A stretch of DNA of 63,946 bases, the filler included, from Collodictyon triciliatum (Eukaryota): NCBI GenBank assembly GCA_043381765.1. It is 23 parts of 23 records of this genome, joined end to end, with 100 filler letters (N's around TTAATTAATTAA, not from the genome) between each part and the next. Parts side by side here need not be neighbours in the genome. Positions count along the whole stretch, not along the records: positions 27,910 to 30,592 come from JBHJMP010008448.1; positions 30,693 to 33,375 come from JBHJMP010008449.1; positions 33,476 to 36,157 come from JBHJMP010008450.1; positions 36,258 to 38,939 come from JBHJMP010008451.1; positions 39,040 to 41,719 come from JBHJMP010008452.1; 18 more parts are not named here. One strand, 5' to 3'. Positions 28,389 to 39,665 of this stretch are shown in pieces. The notes beneath the pieces were generated by a model that saw only the letters and a program-made list of their open reading frames with translations, made no database searches and had not been told where the DNA came from. The stretch's first letter is position 1. Each line of letters starts with the position of its first letter. The position numbers were made by a program, and so were the translations under genes.

Positions 28389-29399
28389 TTGCGCAACTTG
28401 CAGGTCATCGCAGAGTCTGCCGTTCCGTTCCGACCCACGCTTTTCCGACCGCGATGCACATATCCAAGCAGCATCCATTCAGACCCGGCCGTCGCATCGG
28501 CAGACGCAGCATCTGCAAAGCTGGTCCACGGGTTTCTGGAGCCGATTGTGCGGGACATCCAATCCATCACTTTTTCAGAGCACAAGGCCACTCAGCTGGA
28601 GGGAATCAGCAGCAGCACCATGCAGCTTGAGACGCTTGCGGTGGATCCGATGGACGGGCTCGTTTTTGTGACGGAGTCTCGCCAGGCATCCGTCTACATC
28701 TTCGACTCGGAGTTGAATCCTGTGGACGTGCTCACGAAATCTGCGGATCAGTTCAATTGGTTGGATCCGAGAGGCATTGCAATCTCCCACGACGGGGCGC
28801 GGCTGGCCGTTTGCGACTTCTCGGGCAACGGGGTCTTTATCATCGACCGCTTTTCCAAGGCGCTGATCCAGCGAATCGGAAGCCCCAACAACGAAAAGGG
28901 TGTGGATCCGGGCCTGCTGAACGGCCCGCTGAGCTGCGTCTTTGATCTGACGGGCTGTCTCTACGTGGCCGAGACCGGCAACAACCGGATCCAAAAGTTT
29001 GGAGCGGACGGCAAGCACCAGCTTTTCATCAGCACATATGGGCGGGAAGGGAAGCAGACTGCGGTTTGCAGTGTCGCGTTGCTGGATGATGAAGTGCTCG
29101 TGAGTTCGGGAGAAAGCGGAGGGCGCATCCAGTTTCACGCGCTGGATGGGCGGCTTCTGAGGGACGTTTCTGGGCCCGGGAATCCGCAGGGTTTCATGCT
29201 GCCCGAAAACAGTCTTTGTCGAGGCCCCGACGGAGGCTTTGTCCTGGCCGATGTGTGGCACGATAAGGTGTTTTTCTACGATAAGCACGGGACTTTGGAG
29301 CTTGAAATCACTTGTCCGTATCCTGTCGGCGTGGCGTTCGACCGGAGAGGAGACCTTCTTGTCGTGCTTTCTCGGATGTGTGCCATACAGAGACTCTGA
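28389..29399 (+). CDS. NHL-repeat (6-bladed beta-propeller) protein, intronless; start uncertain
   Basis: DPRGIAISHDG, LNGPLSCVFDLTGCLYVAETGNNRIQKF and YPVGVAFDRRGDLLV. The frame is open from 28281, but the first ATG is at 28620. Confidence 0.85.
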   Translation: MRNLQVIAESAVPFRPTLFRPRCTYPSSIHSDPAVASADAASAKLVHGFLEPIVRDIQSITFSEHKATQLEGISSSTMQLETLAVDPMDGLVFVTESRQASVYIFDSELNPVDVLTKSADQFNWLDPRGIAISHDGARLAVCDFSGNGVFIIDRFSKALIQRIGSPNNEKGVDPGLLNGPLSCVFDLTGCLYVAETGNNRIQKFGADGKHQLFISTYGREGKQTAVCSVALLDDEVLVSSGESGGRIQFHALDGRLLRDVSGPGNPQGFMLPENSLCRGPDGGFVLADVWHDKVFFYDKHGTLELEITCPYPVGVAFDRRGDLLVVLSRMCAIQRL

Positions 29400-29866
29400 T
29401 GCGGGTGAGCTCTTTGGAGCGGGAGTTGTGTGCACAGGCTGCCGAATAAATTGATGAATTAAAAAAAAAAAAAAAAGAGCAAGAATAGAAAGATAGAGGA
29501 AGAGATTATCCTGCTCGGCGCTCAACACTTAGTTGCTGTTCTGTGTGGTTTGTTTCGTTGTTTGCCATGGTGTTACAGTCGGTATTGCAAGAGTGATTGC
29601 GATGGTTTTGGTGGGGATAAGTCGGATTTTTATTCTTCACAGTTGAATCTGCCACTCACAAACTGTTTTTTTTTTCTCTTTTACTTGTTCTTGCTTTTCT
29701 TTTTCTTCTTTTCTGTTAAGGAGGTGGTTTGCTCCAAAAAGCATATATTATTGCGGTTTGTTGGTATGGACAAGGAAAGGTCGTTACACAAATTTCGAAT
29801 AATTTCGTGCGGGGTTTTTCTTTCATTCTTTTTCTTTTTTTTTTTTTATCTCCTGATTCATTATGT

Positions 29867-30555
29867 TTAGGTGATGATGAATCCTTTCGAGAAACTTTAC
29901 AAGTGTCGCCCCAAGCGAAGGTATGCGGTAATCAGGTATTGGATTTCATCCTGCAGCTCGGGACCTAGTTGGTGGCAGGAATATTGACAGCAGATCGAAT
30001 ATCGCCTCACTTTTATTCAAACAATCAAAAAGAAAAGATATACAAAGGAATAAAAACATTTCTCTTTTTTTTTTAATTGCATCATTCCTCCAAGAGATTT
30101 TTTTTTCTTCTGTGTAAGTGTGATTGCGCTTGAGATTACATGTCTAATTTTGTATAAAGTAGCCAAATGAAACATACTTTCCAGGAAGCAAATCTCTTTT
30201 TGAACTTCGGGCATGAACCTCTCCTTCATAGACAACGTAATTCCGCTCAGATAAAGAAGAATCCTTCTCACCACGACTGCAGCCAAATAACCTTTTCACA
30301 GAATAAAACGTACCGTGTTTAATTTTTGAAAAAAAAAAAGGAAAGAAATAATGGCATGATTTCAATTACAAGGCTTTTATCTAAACAAACGAGCTTTTTT
30401 TTTGATACTGAAGAAATCAAGAAAAAATACCAGAGTTTCTACTGACGGCTTCCTTGAGCTGAATGCGAAGGCTTGATGCCATTTTTTGTTCTTCCATGGC
30501 CATCACACGATAAGACGACTCGTAAAGATGGGAAAACTGCTTCCATTTCTCTCTG
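29867..30555 (-). CDS. C-terminal exons of a hypothetical protein
   Basis: Exon-like open segments with GT/AG borders (EKWKQFSHLYESSYRVMAMEEQKMASSLRIQLKEAVSRNS...). No recognisable family. Confidence 0.3.
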
Positions 30556-30692
30556 TCGAAATAAACCCAAAAAAAAACCAAGAAAAAACAAANNNNNNNN
30601 NNNNNNNNNNNNNNNNNNNNNNNNNNNNNNNNNNNNTTAATTAATTAANNNNNNNNNNNNNNNNNNNNNNNNNNNNNNNNNNNNNNNNNNNN

Positions 30693-30992
30693 TGGTATAT
30701 GCGGGCTTGGTTCCAGTTTTTTAATTTTTGATTATTCGTAGTGATGAAGTTGCGGCAGATTTCTTCCAGCTCCTTCAACCTCTTGAGATTCAGCTAAGTG
30801 CCTATCATGTTGTAGATAAGGGTCGACAACATCACTTGGTTCCACAACCTTACTTTCCCCACATCCGACATATGAAAGTTGCTCCACACTGATATTTCCG
30901 ACTTGATTTCCTCAACCAGGCTTGTCCATTTTTTGTCTGATTGTGAACCGAAGATGATGCCAAGATATTTGAGTGGATATGACGGTGGCTTC
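30693..30992 (-). mobile_element. L1/Tx1-like RT-thumb fragment, homologous to 18906-19200
   Basis: KPPSYPLKYLGIIFGSQSDKKWTSLVEEIKSEISVWSNFH...GKVRLWNQVMLSTLIYNMIGT*LNLKRLKELEEICRNF. Confidence 0.88.
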
Positions 30993-31012
30993 TACAAAAT
31001 TTCCCTGGAAAC

Positions 31013-31615
31013 ATATGTCATCTCATCAATAGGGAGCAATAGATAGGTACACGCGCGGCAAAAGCTGGCAAAGTCTCCCAACAATGCACACTTTGCAGCG
31101 ACGGTGATGAATCCATTGAGCACACATTTGTGCAACGTCCCTTTACTCAAAACCTGCGCGAAACAGCCGGTGAGATTCTTCGACTGACACTCAAGACGGC
31201 TGTGGCTGTTGGCCCAATCCAGGCGATATTTGGACATCTGCAACAGCTGCGCCCAGATGCAAAAACATTCTGTGCAGTGACGCGAGGCCATTTACTATGG
31301 ACTATGTGGATAGCACGCATATATCCACGCAAAGCAAGACTCAACAACCAGCCACCCATTCCTGATAACAGGCTGAATGATATCATACAAATCTCTTTCC
31401 TCCATAGCTTTCTTCGCCACCTGCACGTTCTCTAATAATCAGACCCTGTGAGAAGAGACATGTGGAAAGAGGCTGAGAAGGAGATTCAACCTCGCCTTGT
31501 ATCTCTCATGCAAGCACAAGACCCAGGCTACAGGCCAAACCGCAGGATGCAATTCCTGATTACCGACTACTTCGCCTCCCGGTCACCAAGTAGCGCTCAT
31601 GCAAACGATGGCTAG
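31013..31615 (+). mobile_element. L1/Tx1-like ORF2 3' fragment (zf-RVT), degenerate
   Basis: CTLCSDGDESIEHTFVQ...RGHLLWTMWIAR...RDMWKEAEKE. Near-identical to the copies at 46.3-47.0 kb and 48.1-48.8 kb. Confidence 0.88.
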
Positions 31616-31669
31616 CGAACCAAAACCAACATCTCTACCACCCTACACAAAGTGATATAGAAGGAAAAT

Positions 31670-31897
31670 CCATTTAAATTATTGAGAATTGTCAAACACG
31701 ATATTTGTGGAGGCAGCAACGGCAACTGATTCCCATAAAGACTCAATATTTTCAGACCAGTCAACAAAAAGACACCAAGCGGAACGGAAGTTAAGCCGCT
31801 CCCGCCTAAACCTAGACTCTCGGAGCTTTTTGAAGAGGCGATGTCAGTGTCTCGTTATTCCTCGGACCTCTTCTAAAAGCGCATTCTCGTCGGCCAT
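31670..31897 (-). pseudogene. LRR pseudogene, paralog of the LRR gene at 17088
   Basis: MADENALLEEVRGITR/(frameshift ~31848)/TDIASSKSSESLGLGGSGLTSVPLGVFLLTGLKILSLYGNQLPLLPPQISCLTIL aligns with MSDETALLRELAKITGISDIASLKSVESL...LSSLPSEISCLTGL. The 5' flank is also similar. Confidence 0.8.
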
Positions 31898-33206
31898 CGT
31901 GGCAGAAGTGTGGGGCGAAAGCAGTTTGGACGGGTTCTGGTGGTTGTGTGGACGGGTGGGTTGGGTTGTGTGTTAGTGCGCTGAATATTTTTTGTTTGTT
32001 TTGTGAATGCACTTGACTAGTCACACAGGATGAGAGTTGCTAGAGTGAGAGCAGTGCGGTTGTGCACACAGAGAATAGAATGCGCTTTGCGAATGAGTGA
32101 TGTGATAAGGTAGCGAGAAAGAAAGAGCGCAAGGCAGCAGCGATTTCGACGGGAAGAAGGTTAAATATCCCACAAAGGCCGGCGAACCTTCCATCCGAAT
32201 AAAGATGCGGCCATCTCAATATATATGTGGACGGATTGGGCTGTGTGTCGCTCGTGTGCAGTGTGTGGCTCGTGTGGTGATTGGGAAGGCAGAACATTCT
32301 CGAATGCGCCAGGTGCGATATCTCCCGATGATGCACGACGTGTATTCCTGCTGCAAAAATTCGGATAATTTATGACGCAGTATTCGATATACCACATATT
32401 GTAAATATTTTCAATCTGTATTATAACCTATTATAAAAATGATATGGGATGCCAAAACTTAGTTCTTTCCTTTACTTATTTGCTTTTCTTTCGTAGTGTT
32501 TAATGTTTATGGATATTGTCTTAATGCTTATTGACACACCTCCACAGATTCAATTGAATTCATGATGAAATCCATCGAGACCAGAACTCTAATGGCGTGA
32601 ACATCATGTGAAGGGCGAGCTTGCGTCGGGAGACAGACTCTCAATCAATAATAAGTGACTGAGATACCACAATTATGGAAGCAATATAGAGCAAATTCTT
32701 TTAAGACAAAAAGACTGCTTCATTTACCTATACGAAAATAATGAAAAATCCTTTCCTTCGCAAACTGCACGAATATGTATAATAAACTGCAAGATGTGAT
32801 GAAAGCCCGAAAGTGCAACGAAAAGGACGTGACCTTTATAATGATGAAAGACTCAGCCATCAGACTCGGAATCGCTTCCTGAGAAAAGAAAACACGACAG
32901 TGTTCATCACCGACAGGCTCATTCTTCTCGTTCGCTCAAACGCTCTCATTTCAGCTAAAATATGTCTTCAAGGTTGCACACTTATCAATATCCTGTTTTA
33001 AATTCCACTGGAACAATATTTTTGAATACTCATTAATCCTCCTTTAATCAATATTAACTGGACAAAGCCTGGATGAATCTTTTTTTATTAATGATAGACT
33101 TTGCTGTTGGCGCCCGTGCCAACAATCTTTTTTTCAACCACCAAGCAAGTATTCCGAGGTAAAAAAGAGAAAGTGATGGCGGATGTGCCATCAGAAAAGT
33201 ATAGAG

Positions 33207-33375
33207 ATGGGGAAAGGATAAAGGAGAGAAAAGAGGATGAAGAGGAATAGGAAAGGAAGTAAAGACACTGGGGCTTGATAAGAGGCCCAGGGATTCCTTT
33301 CAGGATAGGACTTGTGGTGAAGTCCTTGGGAGAGGGAAAGTAGCGGGCTTGATTATGTTTAGAGGGGAGTGGAAG
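33207..33375 (-). repeat. Second copy of the ~165-bp dispersed repeat
   Basis: The reverse complement aligns with 27382-27545; it runs into the contig end. Confidence 0.85.
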
Positions 33376-33513
33376 NNNNNNNNNNNNNNNNNNNNNNNNN
33401 NNNNNNNNNNNNNNNNNNNTTAATTAATTAANNNNNNNNNNNNNNNNNNNNNNNNNNNNNNNNNNNNNNNNNNNNCACGCAATCACACACACACACACAC
33501 ACCCCCCCACACA

Positions 33514-33580
<67 letters not shown>

Positions 33581-33582
<2 letters not shown>

Positions 33583-34205
33583 GCCCTCCAGCCATTAAGA
33601 TTAGTGCAACTTTTCCCTCAGCGATGCTCTTAAGTCCAACATTTCTCCAGCGCTCAAGGTCCTGTTTAGACGATTCGTATGATTTCACTACCTTTGGGAA
33701 AGGCTCAAGTTCGGACGGAGATATTGAGGCCGCTACAAACAACCAACTTAACATATCGACCAGTGACGAGTGGATTCAACTTCGAAGATTACGAAACGCA
33801 ACTTGAATAAATACATATGGAGAGGGTAGATAAATAAAACAAGTACAACTCGAAAAGAAAAGAATAAGATAAACTGAAAAAATAGTGAGCATTTCAGTGA
33901 TTTTACATTGCACTTTTGAACTTTCGTAGATTGCCTTCAGCTCAGCAAGGTCGATAGACTATTATATGAGTGATTTTAGATATAATTTCGAATGGCGAGA
34001 GATTTCATCACTGTATCTGCAACCTAGGTGCTTTTTCACTAATCAAAATATCATGTAAGGTCTGTGACCGTTTAAAAGATCGTTTGATAAAATTTACCTC
34101 AAGGTCTCGCAGAAAAACCTCCCTTGAATCGTGCGCCAAGGTCTCATAGTATTTGAAGACGTGCTCCTGATGGAAATTCGCAAACTTTTTCTTCAGCTCT
34201 TCCAT
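33581..34205 (-). CDS. UAP1: UDP-N-acetylglucosamine pyrophosphorylase, N-terminal exons
   Basis: MEELKKKFANFHQEHVFKYY...|SIDL...WRNVGLKSIAEGKVALILMAGGQ| is the start of the LxAGGQGTRLG motif. Confidence 0.9.
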
Positions 34206-34399
34206 TCGTATTGACTCGAGTCTGATAAATATTGATGGAGATATGAAAATAATTGCGATATACGCACCGGTATTCAATCGCATACCAAGATAAAATATTG
34301 AGAATAAGCTCTAATTATATTGATTCACCACGAGGATGGAATAAAGTTTTTTTTTTCTGATTCTATTTCAAAACATATAATGACCACTTTCCAAATTGG

Positions 34400-36050
34400 T
34401 CACTTTGGGTTTATTATAAGAGAAAACGCATCAATATTTGATATACAGTGCCGAAATGAATAACTTGAGCATAAGAGGACACTGGTCAGTCTGACATTCG
34501 AAGGCGGTGTATGTTATCGTTTTTAAACCACATTCATACCTTTGGTGAAGTTGCTCTTTCTTTTGGTGCTTCTTTCTGATTTCATAGTCACTCTCTGGTT
34601 CACTCTCTGAGATGGCTATCAAACATGAAGGTTGCATTAACAGGATAACATCGAGATTTGAATATCGCTGCTTAAAATAAAATATTCATTCAAGAGAGAA
34701 TGAAGTAGATATATAGAAGACAAACGGCACAGAAAAACGTACGAATACGACCAACAGGATTAGGGACTCTGAATATATTGTCTCTTAGGAGAGGCTAACA
34801 TCATATATAATTTTATTGTATGCAGAACTGGCATCATTATTAATATGTAGCATCAGATTTAGATTGATGGGTTTATACATTTAATCCATAATAATATGTG
34901 TGCTTATTTTTGTTTCTTTTTTGTTTCTTTTTTGTTTCTTTTTTGTTTCTTTTTTGTTTCTTTTTTGTTTCTTTTTTGTTTCTTTTTTGTTTCTTTTTTG
35001 TTTCTTTTTTGTTTCTTTTGATTGTGCTTTGTGTTATTTACCTTTCCGCTATGAGGGGTCATTATGGCTTGATATGATAAAGAAAGAACACTTTAGAAAA
35101 AATTACGCAACCCTTACGAATTGAGATATAAATTTGTTTGACTTTCTAAAAAAATACATATCAACTGCTATTCGAAAAACCGAGGAAAACTTACTTGCGC
35201 TCACTGGAACCTCTAGCAAGTCTCCTGCATTTGTCTGAATTATAATTGAGGATTCAAAATGACCATGGTCTGCACAATAGAGCTGTACAGTCACAAATGT
35301 GCTTTCTCCGGGAGCCTTAGAAAGATAGGTGTATGTAAGATAATTGATTTATCAAACGGTAAATGAAATAAAGCGGAGATGTGGACTTTTAAAAGCGACT
35401 GAATGGGAATTAATGTGATAAAGATGAAATACATCACATAATTGTGTTTGCGAATAAATTGTGAATAAAAACAAAAAGAGGAAATTTCAAAAATGAAGGA
35501 GATTTCCATTCAAAAAGGACTGTATATAAGAGAAAAAGCGAGGAAGGAAAAGGGATGAAGGGTCAAACATCTAAACATCTAAACAGATTAACAGATTAAC
35601 AGATTAACAGATTAACAGATTAAAAAAAAAAAAGGAAATGCCTACAATTGGAGATGTCGGGAAAGACACCAGTGTGAGATCTTCACCCCTTAAAGAAACC
35701 GAGCCTGTCAAAGAAAGCGGAGTCGCAGACTTGTTTTTGACAGCAAATTTTGTTTGATATGTTTGGTTTCATTAAGGGAAGGAATCACTGCTGATGTTTG
35801 TCCACAAATAATTAAAGAGCAGAAAACGTAAAAGCAGGGTAATGTCAGCTTCTAAAATACAGATGTGGCATAGAAAGAAGCCTATTTTTTCATCTTTTTT
35901 TTTTGTCAGAACACAAAATGTAGAGTCGTAGTTGGCAATCATAGGAAGGATATGTGTGATCTCCTGCAAGCAGGCCGAAGTGAACCTCGCTGACTTCAGT
36001 CTCGAGCGTTTGCAGTTTGCTGCTGATGTGCTGGGCAGTGGCTTCCATGA
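34400..36050 (-). CDS. ASH/PapD-like Ig-fold domain protein (ciliary/centrosomal type), C-terminal part
   Basis: Spliced reading YQTKFAVKNKSATPL...FPTSPI|APGESTFVTVQLYCADHGHFESSIIIQTNAGDLLEVPVSA fits the ASH pattern (N...lAPGes...G.f...i.i.t...vpv.a). Confidence 0.6.
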
Positions 36051-36423
36051 CGTGCCTTTTGTTTTTGTTTTTTGTTTTTTGTTTTTTGTTTTTTGTTTTT
36101 TGTTTTTTGTTTTTTGTTTTTTGTTTTTTGTTTTTTGTTTTTTGTTTTTTGTTTTTTNNNNNNNNNNNNNNNNNNNNNNNNNNNNNNNNNNNNNNNNNNN
36201 NTTAATTAATTAANNNNNNNNNNNNNNNNNNNNNNNNNNNNNNNNNNNNNNNNNNNNATAGCAACAGCATCATTAAAACAGAAATAAAACAGAAATAAAA
36301 CAGAAATAAAACAGAAATAAAACAGAAATAAAACAGAAATAAAACAGAAATAAAACAGAAATAAAACAGAAATAAAACAGAAATAAAACAGAAACATAAT
36401 ACAATTTAATGATACGCTTGAAG

Positions 36424-38780
36424 GAACTCGCGTGCCTCAGTTATTTTCGAAGGAGGTTTCGACGACATCTGTTCTGGCCCTGCAAGATCGTTTGGACCGC
36501 GACCCTCGTATTTTTTCGATATTAATCAAACGTCTTTCCATCTCTTTAATTAATCTTTCTCAAATAGGTTTTAGTTGTCCAATCGCACTTAAGGTATATT
36601 ATAATACTTCAACTTTGCCGCTAATACTGCACCTTGTAGATAATGTGGCAAATACTATCATCAACACAAAGGACCCATACTTGGTTGGTGCTTTAGTAAT
36701 TCATCAGTTCAGACAGTATTTACAACTGCGGAATCCTGTATGCGACAAAATCCCTGCTGAATCGTGGCAATACGCTAGTGGTGGGGCATTTAAATGCAAT
36801 TTCTTACTACGCAAAGTCAATACTCAACATTAGTATCACACCATACTTAGCAATCCAGAATCAACTTCAATTATCGCCTATAGTTGCAACCGAAAGACAG
36901 GACATCGTTGACAGTTTTCAAGCATGCGTCTCACAACTCTCTCCAGTCAACCAAGCTATTATCAAAAAATTGTGTAGTCTGCTGAAGTCTCTGCATGTTG
37001 AGGTTTTATTTTTTTCTCCTCCTTTGCTTCCCATGTTAAATTTCTCGAATGAGGTTTGCTTCGCCTTGTCCTCTGAACACCTTGCCGAGTACGTGTCAAT
37101 ACTTCTTATTTCCTCAGCCCTTTTTTCTTCCTTTCATAGACTGAATTGAATATATCTAGGAGGAGTTAACGCTGATGAATGCCGCTAAGCTGTCTCGTAT
37201 TTTCGTCCCAGTTCTCTTTTCCTCTGACCGAGCCCAGCAGAAGGAATGTGTTTTAGGATTTGAAAAGCTCATTCTAAACCAAAGCTACATATTTAGCGTG
37301 GTATGTTTTCTTTCATGTTCATGAAAATATATAAATCATATCAAATCTTTGTGTCGATGTGGTAACCAAAAGGAATATATATATATATATTCATTGTCAT
37401 TTCCTAGAAAATCTGTGTAATATGTAAAGACCGAAATGCAATAGTGATAGCTATCTATTTATAGCTCGTGTCTTGCAATATGTAATTCAGACATACTCGT
37501 GGAATGAAATCTTCACATACCTTCTTTTCTTCTTTAGGTTACAAAGGATAGTTTTGTTTCTATCGAGTCACGCAGCGGCACTTTATACAGTGGCCCACCG
37601 GGTTCCATCAGGCGGCTGCGCGTGGACTCATCATCGAGTGTTGCCTCCTTTCAAGACGGAAGTTTCCGGCGAACGAATTCTCGTCTCACCCGAATGCCCT
37701 CCGATGGTCCCTCCACCTTCCGTGGTTACGATACAGGGATGTCCAGCATAACTGAGGAGTCGGACCACGGGACCTCAACAAACAGCTATCGGGTTTGATC
37801 AATCTCGCTTTTGCCCGTATCCGCCTACCCACCTGTCTATCATATGAAATGGCGTTTTTGTTTGGCGTTTCCTTTTTTTTTCTTCTTTCTTTTGGAGCAC
37901 GGCTCGTCTTCACGTGGATAGAGGGAGAGATAGAGATATATAGAGAGTGAGAGTGAAAATAAATGAAAAGTATCATATTTCATTCCTTTTCAGAAGGGCG
38001 GATCTTATCTGGAGAGAAGCAAAAGTGAACCGTCTTTGCTCGCGTCACCGCGGTCGATGGTCGATGCAAAGACACATCAGTCTCAAGGAGAGCAAAAAAC
38101 ACCAAGGTCGGCCAGAACAAAGCCGAATACCGATCTGTTGGTACAGTCCCCTTTTCACACAAGCATAAAGTAAAAGTAGAAGTGTCGACTCAAGTGAAAT
38201 GGCCAAATAATGAATATATTTACACTGATTTCCAAATGCCTAACTATACTACTCTCCCACAATCGAATTACCCATTCGGCTTGTGCTTCTTACTGCAACC
38301 ATAGAGAGATGTCCTTGTCCTCCAGTACCAAATATTTTGCATCGAGAAAAGAATGGAGGTAGTCATATCGACATTTCTTTTCATATAATCCTTTTCTTAT
38401 ATCTTCTCATCATAATCTAATTGAAGTCGAATTTTGTGACATTAGTTGGAGGAGTCGTTTTCTCTAGAAATTGAAGAAGATTGCAATAGCAAGACGGCGG
38501 CCTACGAGGTCATTTATTGTTTTCTAAGCTCCCCATTCCCAATTCCCAATTTACTATTTTTATTTTTCTAATTTCTTGTAATTACTATTACCGCACTTAC
38601 ATCTATACGAGTAACGATGTTGGGTACCACTAGTTGAACCTTATTTGTTAATCTATGCTGCCAATACACAATAGGAAGTAAAAAAAGAAATCGAAGCATT
38701 AAAGGCTGAAAACATAGAGGCTTCCATAGATGCTCTTAATCACAGTATCGAGCTGGAGGAGGAGACAATCGCAGAATGTA
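36424..38780 (+). CDS. RhoGAP-like domain protein with Pro-rich and coiled-coil regions, partial
   Basis: DPYLVGAL...QYLQLRNP; VSQLSPVNQAIIKKLCSLLKSL; LTLMNAAKLSRIFVPVLF; FEKLILNQSYIF. The canonical GIFR arginine finger is not evident. Confidence 0.7.
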
Positions 38781-39665
38781 AGGCATATTTTACATATATA
38801 AATGAAGAAATATATCAAGAGAACATCCCAATTTCACTAATATCATTCGTATTTTTTCCAATAAGAGAAAAAAGAGAAAAAAAGAGAAAAAAAGAGAAAA
38901 AAAGAGAAAAAAAGAGAAAAAAAGAGAAAAAAAGAGAAANNNNNNNNNNNNNNNNNNNNNNNNNNNNNNNNNNNNNNNNNNNNTTAATTAATTAANNNNN
39001 NNNNNNNNNNNNNNNNNNNNNNNNNNNNNNNNNNNNNNNTTTTTTGTTTTTTTTTGTTTTTTTTGTTTTTTGAGCTACTTGAAAATTATGCTGATTTTCA
39101 CTTCCGCTCCCCCATTAGACAACCTTAGCATCAATAAGATTGTGTGCAACGGACCAGGGAATACCATGCTCTTGTGCGACTTTGATCGGTTCTGTACCTG
39201 CAATGACATATAAATAAACCATATAATGGCGTACCTTCCACATAAAAAAATAAATCGCCTGTCTGCTCTGAAGTAACGACATGGTCAAAATAATATAGTC
39301 ATCGTAAGTGTTGTTTTATTGAATGCTGAATAATGTTTGTTGGTAGTCTGATGCTCATGTAGTGTTTTTTTAACACAAAAAAGTGTGATGTTCCTTTTTT
39401 AAATTATGTATAATGCACCTTGTTAACGCTGAGGAGAGGGGGTTTTTTTATTAAAAAAAAAAAAAGAGGGAATGTGGGAGAGAATATATGACGATAGGAA
39501 TGTCCAAGTGAACATTGGGCTGGTGTCTTTGCTGCTCCCACCTGCTGTTGGCACACTCGCTGTTGGAGCATCTTAACATTACTATGTGTTATTTTATTAT
39601 CGCTTCCTGTTTCCAAGAAAGTGATAGTTAGAGAGAGAAAGGAACCCTGCTCACTACTTGCATGC

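Noticed and set aside
33105..33124. 7-bp hairpin containing TGGCGCCCG (tRNA-Lys PBS-like or terminator-like)
   Set aside because: Too short, with no adjacent LTR or Helitron end; expected by chance.
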